Positions 1-13,149 of a stretch of DNA of 64,000 bases are shown piece by piece (within the stretch, counting starts at the first letter, position 1; each line of letters begins with the position of its first letter). Source of the stretch: Gnetum montanum (lineage: Eukaryota > Plantae > Gnetophyta); the NCBI GenBank assembly GCA_015680685.1, contig MNCI01001219.1:61629-125628 (forward strand), given 5' to 3'. Below the pieces are notes generated by a model that had not been told where the DNA came from, searched no databases, and saw only the letters and a program-made list of their open reading frames with translations. The position numbers and the translations under genes were made by a program.

Positions 1-1692
1 ATTCCCAAAAAATTAAAAATGGAAATATAAGAAATTACAAAGAAAAAAAAGCATCATAAAGAGAAGAAAAAAAATACAAGATAACTTGTCAACTTAACAT
101 ATCATAAATAGCTTTAGGTATTTGGCATGAGGATCTTGGAACTTAAAAATACAATCATATTAAAATCATAAATAAAGTACATTAACATATCTCATTAATA
201 ACACAAAACTTTAATAACAATAAAAAATGAAAAGCCCTAATAGTTTTGAGAATGCCTTTATGAGTTTTCATCATTATAACCAATCCTAAAGAACCTTTGC
301 TTTGGGGTAGGAAAAGTATGAGATTTTAGTCTTGTTTAGAAGCATCTTTGCAGGTTTTTACTTCTTACTAAAAACTTCATTATTAACATCTAGAAAGAGT
401 AAAACAAAGATACAAGAGTAACAATAGAGAGCAATGACAATTCTTAAGCATAAGCTAAGAAAAATCTCTAGCAACATTGCTAGTCCAAGGTTTCATTAGC
501 TACAGAGGATTATTAACCTTTAGTAAAGAAATGCTACCTTAAGACTTAACTTGAAAAATAACAAGTTAAAAAACATTAATTTTTTGGAGCATCATAACTC
601 ATCATGGATAATTGCATAATTGTGAAAAATATTATATCTATTTTTATAAATAGCATGCAAAATGCAAGGACACAAGCACTTCCAAATAGAAAGTAACTCC
701 TTAGAAAGGGGAGGAGCATCTCCAAAAAAGGATTCTTTCTAATGAGGAAAGAAGTAATTAATAGCAAGAGGGACCTAATTCCAAGCATACATGGAAAAAA
801 TAAAATCATAAAAGGAATGAACAAACTTATTAGTTGAATTGCATATCATATATTTAGGTTTTGACACACTCAAATATATGAGACATTATCCTATAGGAAG
901 ATCTTGCTAAAGAAAATACTATGTGAAATATTTAATTCTAGGAAGATAATGAAGCTTCCAAATTCTTCTAAATTTGGCATGCCATTACCTTTTTAAATTA
1001 TCAAGTGACCAAAAGCCATTATATCTAATAGCAATGGAAACTCTTGAGTTTAGAGAAGAGTATGCTTTGTGAGTGCTATGAGAAGAGAAAGAGGAATCAT
1101 TTATATATTAAAGACTAGAAAAAATAGATTCAAAGGTGATTGAAAAAGCAATAGAATCTTTGAATTACTAAATGATACTAAAGAACGTATTTCTCATAAA
1201 CATTATAAATAACTTTAAATTCAAACCAATCCATCCACTAATTCTATGATCGTAGAGAGGACATAGAAATAATATCTTGTTAAAACCAAAAATAAGCAAA
1301 TCAAGGCCTTGTAATAGTAAGATATGAATAGGAAACCATTAGGAAGAGGTATCATTCATAACACTGAAGAAAATTATGATTTTGTTGAAATACCAAAACT
1401 TACTAATATGTCAAGCTCTCTAGATTTTCTTAGTGACAAAGGAACATTTTGGTAAAACAAAAGTATGACATTAAAATAATTATGAATTGAGGTGCCTTTT
1501 CAACTAGATTTTTTAAGGAAAAAATTGATGAAGTTTCCTAAAAAATTAATATCTCATACACTACTATGATCAAAAGAGTTAACAAACCATTTAGCAACCA
1601 AAGCTACACCTTCATGATAAGTGTTAAAAAGATCCAATCCTCCTTTCTTTTTTGGTCAACTATAAAAATGTCAAGTAGCCTTGAAAATATTT
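1..1692 (-). mobile_element. Degenerate L1-like LINE, 3' part of ORF2 (post-RT region and zf-RVT)
   Basis: Minus-strand remnants PKKKGGLDLF..ALVAKW (~1590-1660) and IWKLHYLPRIKYF...ICNS..FVHSF (zf-RVT-like, ~780-960); many stops. Confidence 0.75.
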
Positions 1693-2742
1693 AGAAAATG
1701 AGATCTACTCCAAGATTAGATCTTGAAGACAATGACAATGATGTAAACTATGTAAAATTATTGTAAAATCAATGTAAGTAAGGTGGAATGAATTAAAGAA
1801 TTTGGGAAATGTACGATCCCGAGATCGGGGATTTATCTTATAGACAAAATATGATAAATACAATAGGATTTGTAAGAGGATTCTGGTTTGGACGAAGCAT
1901 CCGCCACCAACAAGAATCTATTTAGATATTAAACAAGCAAGGGCCAATATACCTTGTTCACTAGCCAATCTAGGTGCAAGGGAGTTGAGCTTGAAGCAAA
2001 ATGCTCGCTCACTTGAAATCTCTAACCAAAAGCTTCTCTTTGTCCCCATCGATGCTCTTTTGTTGCCAACTCTTTCTTATCTTCTCGCCAATATTTTTGC
2101 CAAAAATTGCCAACCCCTTGAGCATTGTCCATTGGGGTATTTATAAGATTAGGGTTAGGAGGAAAACGTGGTTTAGATGACGTGTGTCCTAGGCCCACAG
2201 AATGTTGTTGACCTGATGTGTTGTAGCTGAGGCTTCTGATGTTACGTTGTGCTATGCTCTGAAGTATAATATAGCGTAACCATCCTTGTCTTTAGCATTG
2301 AATGATTTCTAGATCTTTAGTAGCAAGGTAATCCCGCAGCTACGTTATGATATGCTGGGAAGCATATCGTGGCATAATGACTGCTACTGCTTGAATTTCG
2401 TTGTCCTTGTTATTGTGGCTAAATCAATTGTGTTGCCTGCATTACGCTACATTACGTTGCATAGCATAACGTGGCATAATATTCCAAAAGTTAGGATTTT
2501 TAGCATATGGCTAACTTGCAAAGTTGAAGTGTTGTCATTGTGCATCCCTTGTTTTGTTCTATCCTCCTGAAGTCTGCTATGCTGAGCTGTGTAACGTAGC
2601 GTAGCGGGCCCTTAGCTGAAAAAGAAAACTTGTTGAGATGTGCCCATCATTCGGATGTTTTGACACTATACTTGTGATGATCCTTGCCCAAACTTCAAGA
2701 CCTTGCTGAATCACCGAGGTCTCGAAATTTCACAGTGTTTCA
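1693..2742 (-). repeat. 3' LTR of Tat element, outer ~220 bp missing
   Basis: Aligns to 17315-18363; ends ..gtgtttCA at 2742. Confidence 0.9.
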
Positions 2743-2757
2743 ATGGCCCCTCTTTGT
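2743..2757 (-). promoter_or_regulatory. Polypurine tract of Tat element
   Basis: Minus strand ACAAAGAGGGGCCAT directly before the LTR; same motif at 62547-62561 in a related element. Confidence 0.8.
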
Positions 2758-3973
2758 TGATGTTTGGAGGGCTTGCCCAAGTGATGTTGACAAATAATAT
2801 GAAACACCAAAGAGGTAAAGACGCCAGCACCATTTGTCGATTTCTTCTCGGATGTTGCTCTGTCAAACCTGGGAGTGTGAAGGTGGAGGGCGGAAGGGGC
2901 GGAAGAGGGACTTTACAAGTGTGAGTGATAGGGAGGCTCAAGAAAGACTCAAGCATGAACAGGATATTTGGTGAATATGTTATTAGGTAACTCCTCACAG
3001 GTATTTTTGCAAGAGGCTACTCTGCTGCACTATATATGGGGAACTTGCCTGGGCGAGTTGTGTTAAACCCGTATGGCCTGGACATGTTGTGTTTCGTCCA
3101 TTTTGCCTGGCTTTTCCACCTTTTTTTTGGAGCTACGTCACGTCTACATAGGGTTTTAACCCATATATAGATGTATTCCATGAGGCGAGTTGTGTTATGC
3201 CATTTCATGGTTGTGACGGTTATCATGTATGAAAGACTTTTTTTTGTACGTTTACATTCTGTACAAATGGGAGGAGAAAGTAAGGGTAGGTACAAGGATA
3301 AGAGAGGGAAGAAAGTAAGGTAAGGTGTCTGGAGGGGAAAAGCAGGGTCTGCACTTCCAAGTAGTCAGGCTAGTCTAGGCAGCCACCTTAGAATGCTGTG
3401 ACACCTCACCCTCCTAGTGAATGCATCTTTGAACAACGCTGTTGTAGCGAGTAACCTGTAAATCGTAACAAAGAACAAAAGTAACTGTTCTAACCACTGG
3501 GAAGGCTATTGAAACAAGTGCCATCCGAAGAGAAAAGGGGAGCACAGGCCATGGAGAAGGGACCGTATAAAAAATGCAAGGGTCCCTTTGTTGATACCGC
3601 AGCTTAGGAATTCACCATCGATAGCTAGATTCATCATATCCATCTGACTAGGCAAGGAGCCAGTCATATGAATATGAAAAGCCAGACCCTGGTGGCAGTG
3701 GCAGCTGGAGGTAGGTAAGGCTATGGGTGACCATAGTTTCCTTAGGGTTCCAATTGGCGATGTTGACCCCAGGAGATGCAATTGCTGAGCGGCCGTTGTA
3801 GCAGCATCTCTGAGGGATCAGTAGTATGCCTTTCGGCATATCCGAGGAATTAATAGAATATCGGGGGATAGTGGCGTTTCTTCTGTTCCAACGTCCTACC
3901 CATTCTATCTGATGGGGATGTCATGCAAGAATGATCAGGTCTGCCTATTTCATGGATGGTTTGTTGGCAGATC

Positions 3974-4365
3974 CCAGTTTTAGGTCCTGGTAGACTGTCA
4001 TTACTAGTTTTAAGTCCTAGAAAACCATGGTCCCAGTTTAAAGTCTAAGCAGACTGAAGTGTGCTAGTTTTACGTCATAGCGGATGGTGGAAGAGCTAGT
4101 TTATGGTCCAAGCAGACTGTGCCATGGGTGTCAGTTTTGTGTCATGACCCAGGGACAAGTCTGTGCTGGTTTAGCATCTTAGTAGAAGAAGGCTTACTTT
4201 GCTAGTTTTGCGTCGTGGCATACGGTCGAAAGCTCTGCCAGTTTAGCATTGTGGCAGACGCATGCAAGAAATGCCAGTTTTACATCGTAGCAGACATGTA
4301 CAACACTGCCAGTTTTACGTCATAGCAGATATTTAGTATAGTACCATTTTTACGTCGTAGCGAAC
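3974..4365. repeat. Array of 12 degenerate ~22-bp repeats (YCAGTTTTACGTCGTAGCAGAC-like) with variable ~7-14 bp spacers, in the Tat 3' UTR
   Basis: Units start near 3974, 4004, 4033, 4064, 4096, 4131, 4166, 4202, 4238, 4274, 4309 and 4344. Confidence 0.85.
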
Positions 4366-4399
4366 GAGTGTTACCTTGCATTAAGCCGAGTTGACGTCT

Positions 4400-7300
4400 A
4401 AATGTGGTACTGCTTCAAGTACACATGATTCACCTGATTTGGAAGTTCGTTGTCATTGATGTCCACTAGCCTAAATGCTCCGTTGCCATACACATTGATG
4501 ACTAGGAAAGGGCCCTCCCAGCTTGCAGAGAATTTGCACACTGGCTCAAGAATGGCTTTAAGGACCAAGTCTCCTTTCCTAACTGGTCGTTAATGCAGGT
4601 TGCGATGATGCTTCTCGATGCTATCGAGTGTCTGGATGCACTTCTTCTCTATTGAGTCTAAATCCATGATCTTGGACTCGTCGTGTTCAGTCTCATTTAT
4701 AACCGTGGAGAGGACCATCCACAGTGAGGGAACCTATAGTTCAAGGGGTAACACTGCTTCGGATCCATAGACTAGGCTGTAGGGCATCCTACCTGTAGCC
4801 GTTCTGCATGTCGTACAGTAGGCCCATAGCATGTAGAGGATTTTCTCATGCCATCGTTTCTTATTGCTACTAAGAATCTTATTCAGTAAATTGATAACCA
4901 TCTTGTTTGTTGCTTCTACTTGACCATTTGCTTGTGGGTAATATGGTGAGGAGAAAGATTGCTTAATACCAAGGTTATTGCAGAAAGATTTGGTTTTGGT
5001 ACTACTAAATTATGGCCCATTATCGGTCATAATAGTCATGGGAAGCCCAAACCTTGTTACTATGTTATCCAAGATAAAATGGAAAACCTGTTGAGATGTA
5101 GTCTTTCGTAGGGGAATAGCTTCGACCCACTTTGTGAAGTACTCAATGGCGATGATAATAACACTATGTCCTGCAGAAGACTTAGGCGTGATGGGAGCTA
5201 TGATGTCTAGTCCCAATCGTTGGAATAGCCAAGTGATCTGTGTGGTACGCAATTTAGTCGATGGCACGTGTATTAGATTTGCGTAACATTGGCACGTGTC
5301 ACATGTCTTAACTTTGGTAGGGCATTCTCATTCCATGTAGGGCCAATAATACCCTAAGCATATGATTTTAGCAGCCATGGCTCAAGGGGCTATGTGTCCT
5401 CCACATAGTCCTTCATGGACTTCGCTAACTATCCTTTGTGCTTGGTCATTGTTAACGCAGGTTAGCAATACCCCATCAAAGAAGCGCCTACATAGGGTGC
5501 TATCTCTGATGATGACGTATTGCCTAGCATGCTTGCGGATTGCATCCTTTTGTGCAGATGTTAACTCGTGCGGTGGTTTGCCATGTAGAAGGTAGGCTTT
5601 AATGTTGTCGTACCATTCTAGCATTCCTTTCTCACTTAGAGAAGAGATTTGCATTGCTTGGGTGACAGGATCTGTACATTTTATCATTAGAGTAGGCCAG
5701 GTGGCAAACAAATGCAGTGCAACGTTTAAAGCTAACATAGCTAGTGCATTAGCTATAGTGTTCTCACTACACAGCATGTGTTGGACATCAGTCATTGTAA
5801 ATTGTTTTAGAAGATCTTTAGCCATATTGCAATAGGGTTGCAAATGCACGGCTTTGCAAGTGTAGACTTCTATGATCTGATTGACAATGAGCATTGAATC
5901 ACCTTGAATCGCCAAGTGTTGAACATTTAGTTCTCTGGCTGCTAATAGTCCCCTAAGGAGCCCCTCGTATTCTACCACATTGTTCGTATAGGAAAACGCT
6001 AGGCGGTAAGCCAATGGACAAAAGGAGGAGAGCATGATGACGGCAATGGCACTACCGCCTCTAGTAGTCGAAGCTCCATCAAAGTGTAATTTCCCTTCGA
6101 GGCCTGTTGATGCAGGGCTTAAACTATGTACATGTTCATTAGGAAACTCAGGTTCTATCATGGCTTGGTCATTAATCGGTGATGTTACAAGATGGTTGAC
6201 TATCGCTTGGCCTTTCGTGGAAGATTGGTCAATGTAGTGCAAGTCAAATTTTGCTATGATGGCTTTCCATCGGGCTATTTTACTGTTCTCATATAAATTG
6301 TTTGTAATGGCCCGTAGGATGTTGTTCTTGCAAATTATGTTAACTTGGTTACAAAAAATATAGTGTCTACATTTCTTGAGCACAAAAACCAATGCCAAAT
6401 AGTTACACTCTACTTCATTGTACCTTGTTTCATATGCAAATAGAGTGTGACTTAGATAATAGATAGGGATTTTCGACCCGTCATCCCTCTTTTGACACAA
6501 CGATATGGCTATGGACACATCTGAACTTGCCAAGTAGATATAGAAAGGCTGATCCCTTTGTGGTGGGAAAACCATTGGCAAGTGTAGTAGTTCCTTCTTT
6601 AAGTCGTCAAAAAAACGTTGGCAGTCTTCGGTCCATTCGAAGTTAACGCCCTTCTTGAGCAAATGTTGCATAGGGTGTAATTTGTCTGTTAGCTTCGAGA
6701 TCAACCTCCTAATAAACTATAACCTACCTTGCAACCCACGTAGTTCTTTGAGGTTTGTAGGCGGTGCCAGGTTAACGATGGCCTTAACCTTGTCAGGGTC
6801 AACTCGTATGCGAACCTCGGACACCAAAAATTCCAACATGCGTCCAGTCTTGACTCTGAACACACATTTTCTTAGGTTGAGTCGTAGGTCATGTTTGAGA
6901 CATCGTTTAAGGATTAACTCTAAATCCTCTAGGTGATCTGCCGACTTCCTAGACTTGACAGCTATGTCGTCTACGTAGTCATTCAATCTATTTAAGAGGT
7001 AATCGCTAAATATATACGTCATGGCACGTTGATAAGTTACTCCAGTGTTTTTCAACTCGAAGGGCATCATGGTATAACAAAAATTTCCCCAGGGGGTCAT
7101 GAAAGTTGTAGTTAGTTGATGTTCTAGGTTGATACGGATTTGACTATATCCCAAAAACCCATCCATAAAGGATAGTAAAGTGTGTCTGGCTGTTGTATCG
7201 ATAAGTTGGTCAATACTTGGTAATGGGAAATTGTCTTTAATCATTGCCTTTTTTAGATCGCAAAATTCTATACAAATGTGTATTCCTCCCATTTTCTTAG

Positions 7301-7847
7301 ACACAACAACAATGTTCGATACCCAATCTAAGTAATCCACCACACGGATGAAACCAGCTTGATATAGCTTAGTGATTTCATCACGCACTGCCAATGCATT
7401 TTCAAGCTTAATCTTCTATGCTTTCTGTCTAATTGCTTTGATACGCGAGTCTAACATGATGTTGTGCTATATTAATCGTGGGTCTAAAGCCGACATGTCT
7501 TCGTACGACCATGTGAATGCCACAATGTGGTTTTGGAGAACTCAAGATATGTCGCTCTGCATTTGTTGGTCAAGAAGGAAACTAACCTTCAAATATTTTC
7601 TTTCTCCTTTGTGCATAACGACAGAGACCTCAGTGAGGGAATCCTCAGTCACATCACCAGCCTCCAGGTCTAGGGTTCAGGCCAAATGTTCTGGCTAGTC
7701 TTGGGATAATTTCGAGGCTGTTATGGTTATGTCACAGGAGGAGGCGTCGATGCCTATCATTGCAAGATTAGGCTGTCTAAAAGTTTCCCCGTATAGGCCT
7801 GTTAGGGCCAGGGGTGTAAGTAAATCTTCTTCCATTTGCAAACTAAC
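4400..7847 (-). pseudogene. Tat pol: RT, RH, aRH and integrase (disrupted)
   Basis: ORF 6717-7394 (RT: FMDGF.GYSQI, YVDDI); ORF 5382-6704 (RH, aRH, HEGLCGGH); ORF 5010-5267 (integrase core: LDII, YFTKWVEA, TDNG). Confidence 0.95.
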
Positions 7848-9095
7848 CTGCAAAACTACCAAGAATGGAGACAGTTATATTGCTTTTGTCAACCAAGTGA
7901 AATAATACAAGGCTTTTAGAGGTACGTATCTAAAAGGCGGCCAGTTTAAGCTCTTAGTGGACCATCACAATATGTAGAGTTTGTAATACAACACCAAGTA
8001 AGGTTTCCTAGGTGTGATTAACGTGGCAAAACAACTAATTTAGAATTTTTTGCAAACCGTAGTTAATGTAACCAAATTACGAGACGATAAGTTGTGCGTT
8101 AGTTTAGGGTATTTTCGGACCATCATTAATGCGATATCTACGAGGTTAATGATGCGATCTTTATGCTTCATGTCAAATTGACATGTCTGTGTTTCAGGAA
8201 AGTTCCACGTTGATCGGTCATGAAAACTACAAGTTTTCACCATCACGCTTATAAGTAGATATTTCGGGCTCAAAGTGGATTGTGAACGTAGCGAGGTTGA
8301 GTTAGGCTAAAGCAAAAGAAAAGCATAAATTAACAATTTCATAGAGGTTACTAAGGCGAAACAATGGCATCGAAGACTGAACGCAAATATGCCAAGTTGG
8401 CCAGGATTGATAAAGTACATGAAAGTCTAGGGCGAATTTCAAAAGTGCAAGTCGAAACTCGGGAGGCTACTCTGCTCGCCTGGTAAGTCATTCTTCACCT
8501 TCCTTGTGTGATATATGCGTTGGGTCATTTTCACTGTCATTGTACTATAATTTGTATTTATTTCGCAAATGTGCACCATGTTGGGTGTCGATACCTACCT
8601 ATGCTAGTTACACTATGGGAGTTTGTAATGTTACCCTTATCGCCATTGTCATGGATAGACCTCGCACCATCGCAAGGGTTTTGGGTGATCATGGGTAATA
8701 TCGTACAAACACACCACGTAACTGGTGAGGAGTCTAGGTGTTGTATCCTTGCGCAGTGTAAAAATGGGTTCCGTTGCCTTGCTCGTAATGGTCACGTGTT
8801 ATGCTAGGGTAAGATGCCACATCACCTTTATCGCTGTTATCATAGACAGACCTTGCACTATTGCAAGGGTTTTGGCAATTTTGGTAGTGCGTTTCTAGCG
8901 TAACATGCAATTTTCTGAGTCAAAGCAATGAGAACCTCAGTGTTGCGTGACGGATTCTTGTGAGCTTTTTCGATTTGTTTTGACATTGTTAAGATGCCTA
9001 AACAGTTTTCTAATGGTCATGTGTTCCATTGTAAAGGGTTACGCTAAAGCCTATCCTAATCGTTCTGAACATTGTGGTCGTTTTATGTTGTCTAC

Positions 9096-12000
9096 ATGCC
9101 CCCGTGGCCAACGCTCCTCCTCCTCATGCTCGTGCAGGGGAAGAGGTGGTTTGGTTTCAAAAAGGGGCTCAAGAGATCCTGTAGTTTTTGTTGTGTAACT
9201 TTAACATAATTATTTGGTTGCATCTATCGACCGAAACAACCGCCCCCATTCTGGAAACATTGTTGGTTGGGTCAACACAGAGCATTTTAACATTTCTAGT
9301 GGACGGCTCAATCGAGGCCATGGGGGGAAGAGATCGCGAACAGCATGCCAAGGGTTTGAGTTGCTTATCTTGGATTTGGGAGATGCCCAGGTTTAACTGT
9401 TATCACACCTATAACATGCTATTTGTGGCTTGTCATCTCACGACCTATTTTTAGAACCCACCTGGCATCATGTATTATGCCAGAGGGTAAGTTCTATCAA
9501 GGTATTGTGATATGTTAACTGCTATTTGATTTTGCATTAGATATGAACAGTCTTCTGTACTCTATGGCATAGATTTTTTATCAATGCAGGTGGTCTCCAA
9601 GGTGATACGGACATGTTATCTATGGTCAAAATAGCCATAAAGGAATTCACTTCCATCAGCAATGTGCGTGCTGGTGTCCTGTGACAACTAAGATTTGAAA
9701 TCCAACACTACCCTATCCAGTATGCCAAATTCTTTGTCAAGTGTAGAGACTCTAGATGGCTAGATAACGAGTGGACTTTGGATTGTCCCATCACCATTGA
9801 TGACGTACAAGAGGAAATCCCAATGTTTCCTTTGCTCTTTGGACGCAGTAAGTTACGCTACGCTGATCAACTGCGTGACCCTACAAAATGAGAATAGTGT
9901 ATGAGATTTTACTATTTTTTTGTTTTGTCTAACCTATTTTTTTTAATGTTTATAGCTAAAGAATCGTGGGAGCTCACGGTGACAACCTCTGGGTGTGACA
10001 CAGCCACCATCTTCTTCTGCTATGGTAACTTGAATGAAGCACAACGTTGGCTTTGCCACGGAGCGGCCCTAGCTGTCATAACCAATAATCTCCAAGAAGC
10101 TGGACTGATGGAGTTATTTCTAGCCATAACCCCCGATGTCACAGTAGCTGAAATGTTGGCCCTAGTCAACTCCTTTAGCGAACAAGCTGAGCATCTTCAC
10201 ACGTGTGTGCATAATGTGCATATGAGTTTTGATATTAATGCTCAACTGTTCATCAACTTTTTTGGCGTTCCTTCTAATGGTCTCCTAGTGGAAGAAAGAT
10301 CAAAAAAGAGTTCTAAACATCAGAAGGACATAGAGGAGTGGCTAGGGGTTATAAAAGAACCAAAAGGCATCTACGCTGATAAGATTAAGCTAGAGGCGGC
10401 TAATATCATTTACCCCCTCTTCTGAGCTCATGCTTTCCCCAAGCTACTCTCCCAAGGAAAAATCCTTGGCATAGAGTAGGCCTAGATCATGCGGGAGGTT
10501 ATAGAGGAGGGGACATGATATAATTGGGCCAAGCACCTTGCTGAAGGCCTACAGGCTGAAATGGTCAAGCTTCGCAAGAAGCTTGAGTCTCGTTTCAACG
10601 TGCATTTTACCTTCTTTGTAGCTTGTTTGCGGTGTTTTGTCGAATTCCTAGCGGTTCGCAGGGATGGGGTCTGGGTGCAGTAGGATCGTAACCAAATATC
10701 CAAACCATGGATTTCCCAGGTCTTCCGCACTGCCCAATCCCAAGATCCTCCTGAAGGTATCAAGGAGCCATTTTCACTAACAACTAGGTATCGGGTGGTG
10801 CCTCCCGTCTGAGGCTAAGACAGCATGGGTGGGGCGCCTCCTTCTTACACCGGTAGTGTGTCAAGGGGAAAGTGCCTGGCAACAAAAATAGTAGCTTCAT
10901 CGGTTCAGTAGAAAAAACGTTGTCTGATTGTAGAGTCTCCCAGCCCGACTGGTGAAGAGGGAAGGAAACTACAGATTAAGTTTCATAGGAGCCATCCCCC
11001 AGCTGGTAAGTAGAGAAATGTGTAATTAGTTTATGTATGTTATGCTATGTATAAACATTGTTGCGTCACGTAGCACTCATGAAAAGTGAATAAAATTGTT
11101 GTTTTTGTTAACTGTGATGCATTTTACAGGAAAAGAAAAAGATGTAGAGGGACTGACCCCTAAAAAAGGGGCCATAGTCCTGCGGCATGGAGAAGGGACC
11201 CTAGTTTTGGAAAAGGAGGCCCCTGTTGACAATGTGGGCAGTACGCAGGCTCCTATGCCTAAGAGGAAGACAAGCGTAGAAGATGCTACGGCCATTTTGG
11301 ATAGGCTGGAAAGGGAAAAGTAGCTCATTGCTAGTGAGTTTGGCCACTTACCTTTGTCTCAAATTTTTCCTTTGTCTACTGTGTTATGTTTAACTTGTTT
11401 TGTTTGCGTAGTAGGCACTTATGATAATAGTGGCGTACCTTCATCAGCAACCCCTACTCATCATTGGGCTGAGGCTTCTAACAAATTTGCTTTCATGGAG
11501 GGAATTGTGAACGATATGATTGGTTGCTTGGAGCGAATTGATCCAGAGATTGGTATGTCACTATTGCTACGCAGAAATTATTGAAATTGTCACATTGTGT
11601 TTCCTATCATGTCTAATTGACATCTTCATGTCAGAGCATCTCGCCTCAAATGGGATCCTAAAGAGCTTATTGACGTGGATGCTACTCCTGAGCCCTCACC
11701 AGAGGTGACCAAAGTGCCACGCCGCATTTATGATGAGATGCATAAATGTGTGTTACGCTTGACCCTTTCTCTATGGGAGAGTCAGAACGTCAATGAAGAC
11801 CACTAGAAGAGGCTGCAGAAAGCAGAAAAAGAGAAAACGGCCCTAACTACTAGGGTTGAGGACCTTGAATCTAGGAATGAATTTATACAAGCTTGAGATA
11901 CCAATGACGAGAATTGGCAGACAGTTGTGATTGACTACGCCTGCTATTGGATGGTCGTCAGGAACAACATCCAAGCCAACTATGAGTTCATCGAACAACA

Positions 12001-12695
12001 GATGCAAATGGATCTCCTAGCCTAGAAGAACCAAGACTGGAAGGATTTCAGTGCTAGGGTCTAGGAATGGGGACAGACACAGAAAAATCATAAACACATA
12101 TATAAACAGGAATGTGCTGCCTACTATCGACATTATAGAGATTCCACGATTGAGGCACGGTCCCTACGGCTGTTCCTCGATGTCATTGATGCTTCTGGAG
12201 CGTATGAAATGTTTCAGGAATAAGTGATAGTGAGTGCCTCCCCTGAGAGAGAGATGACCCTCCTCAGCAGGGAGACTACTGTCCCTTCCTTTTTTCCTTA
12301 ACCGCCTTGGTGGACTCCTATGGAAAAGGAGAAGGTAAAGGCTGGAATTGATCTAAGGGATGGCATTTGGGCAAAGCTCATTGAGGACAAGATTATGCAA
12401 TGTCCGTTAGTCAGCCTAGAGCAAATTCCTTTCGCGACCAACGTAGGACCATCACAGGTAAGCTACACGACTGTTGTATTATTTTTACGTGTGATTTTGA
12501 CGACGACGCTAACGTTTGCTTCATGTCATTTTGTAGGATTAACACAAAGAAGATCCCCATGAGGAGGAACCTCACAGAGATGATCACGCCCATGAAGAGA
12601 ATCCACTCGAAGGAGATCCTCATGAGGAAGACTCTCATGAGGCAGATGTGGAGTTGGATGATTCAGATGGAGGTGGCAAGAAAGGGAATGTATAG
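9096..12695 (+). pseudogene. Multi-exon antisense accessory gene inside the Tat element (~940 codons; plant-transposon-protein-like domain, coiled coil, acidic tail), with premature stops
   Basis: Phase-consistent GT..AG introns at 9391-9454, 9487-9572, 9899-9955, 11006-11129, 11334-11414, 11553-~11636 and 12458-12536. They join ORF pieces 9214+, 9901+, 11096+, 11354+ and 12320+. First exon/start uncertain. Confidence 0.75.
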
Positions 12696-13149
12696 AATAG
12701 CGATATTTGTCAAACATTTTGTTGTAATGAAAGGGAATAAAGGATAACTTTTGTGGTTTTTTAAGTTGATTAATGGCGATTGTAAAAGAAATTTTTTTTT
12801 GTTTATGAAAAGGAAAAATGTGTTGTCAAAAAGGTTACACGTTTTAGGCCACTACAGACCTACGATAGTTTAAGGCCATTTCGGGTCAGGCCAGCGCGCA
12901 TGAAAAAGAATAAATAGAATCTCCAGTTTTAGGCCATAGTGGGTCATAAATAGTTTAAGGCCATTTCGGGCCAAGATGCGTATAAAACAACGTAACGGTA
13001 ACGATGCGACGAGAAAGAATGTAAATTGTGTAACAATAAAGAATGTGGACTGATACGATATGTCACACTAACGTGTTTATTTACTAGCTCCACAGCTACT
13101 TCTTGATTATTTTTAGGTTTGGCAATGCGTATGGACAAGGAGGCTTATT

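Noticed and set aside
3974-4365. CRISPR-like appearance of the repeat-spacer array
   Set aside because: Eukaryotic retrotransposon UTR, degenerate repeats, spacers far too short, no cas genes
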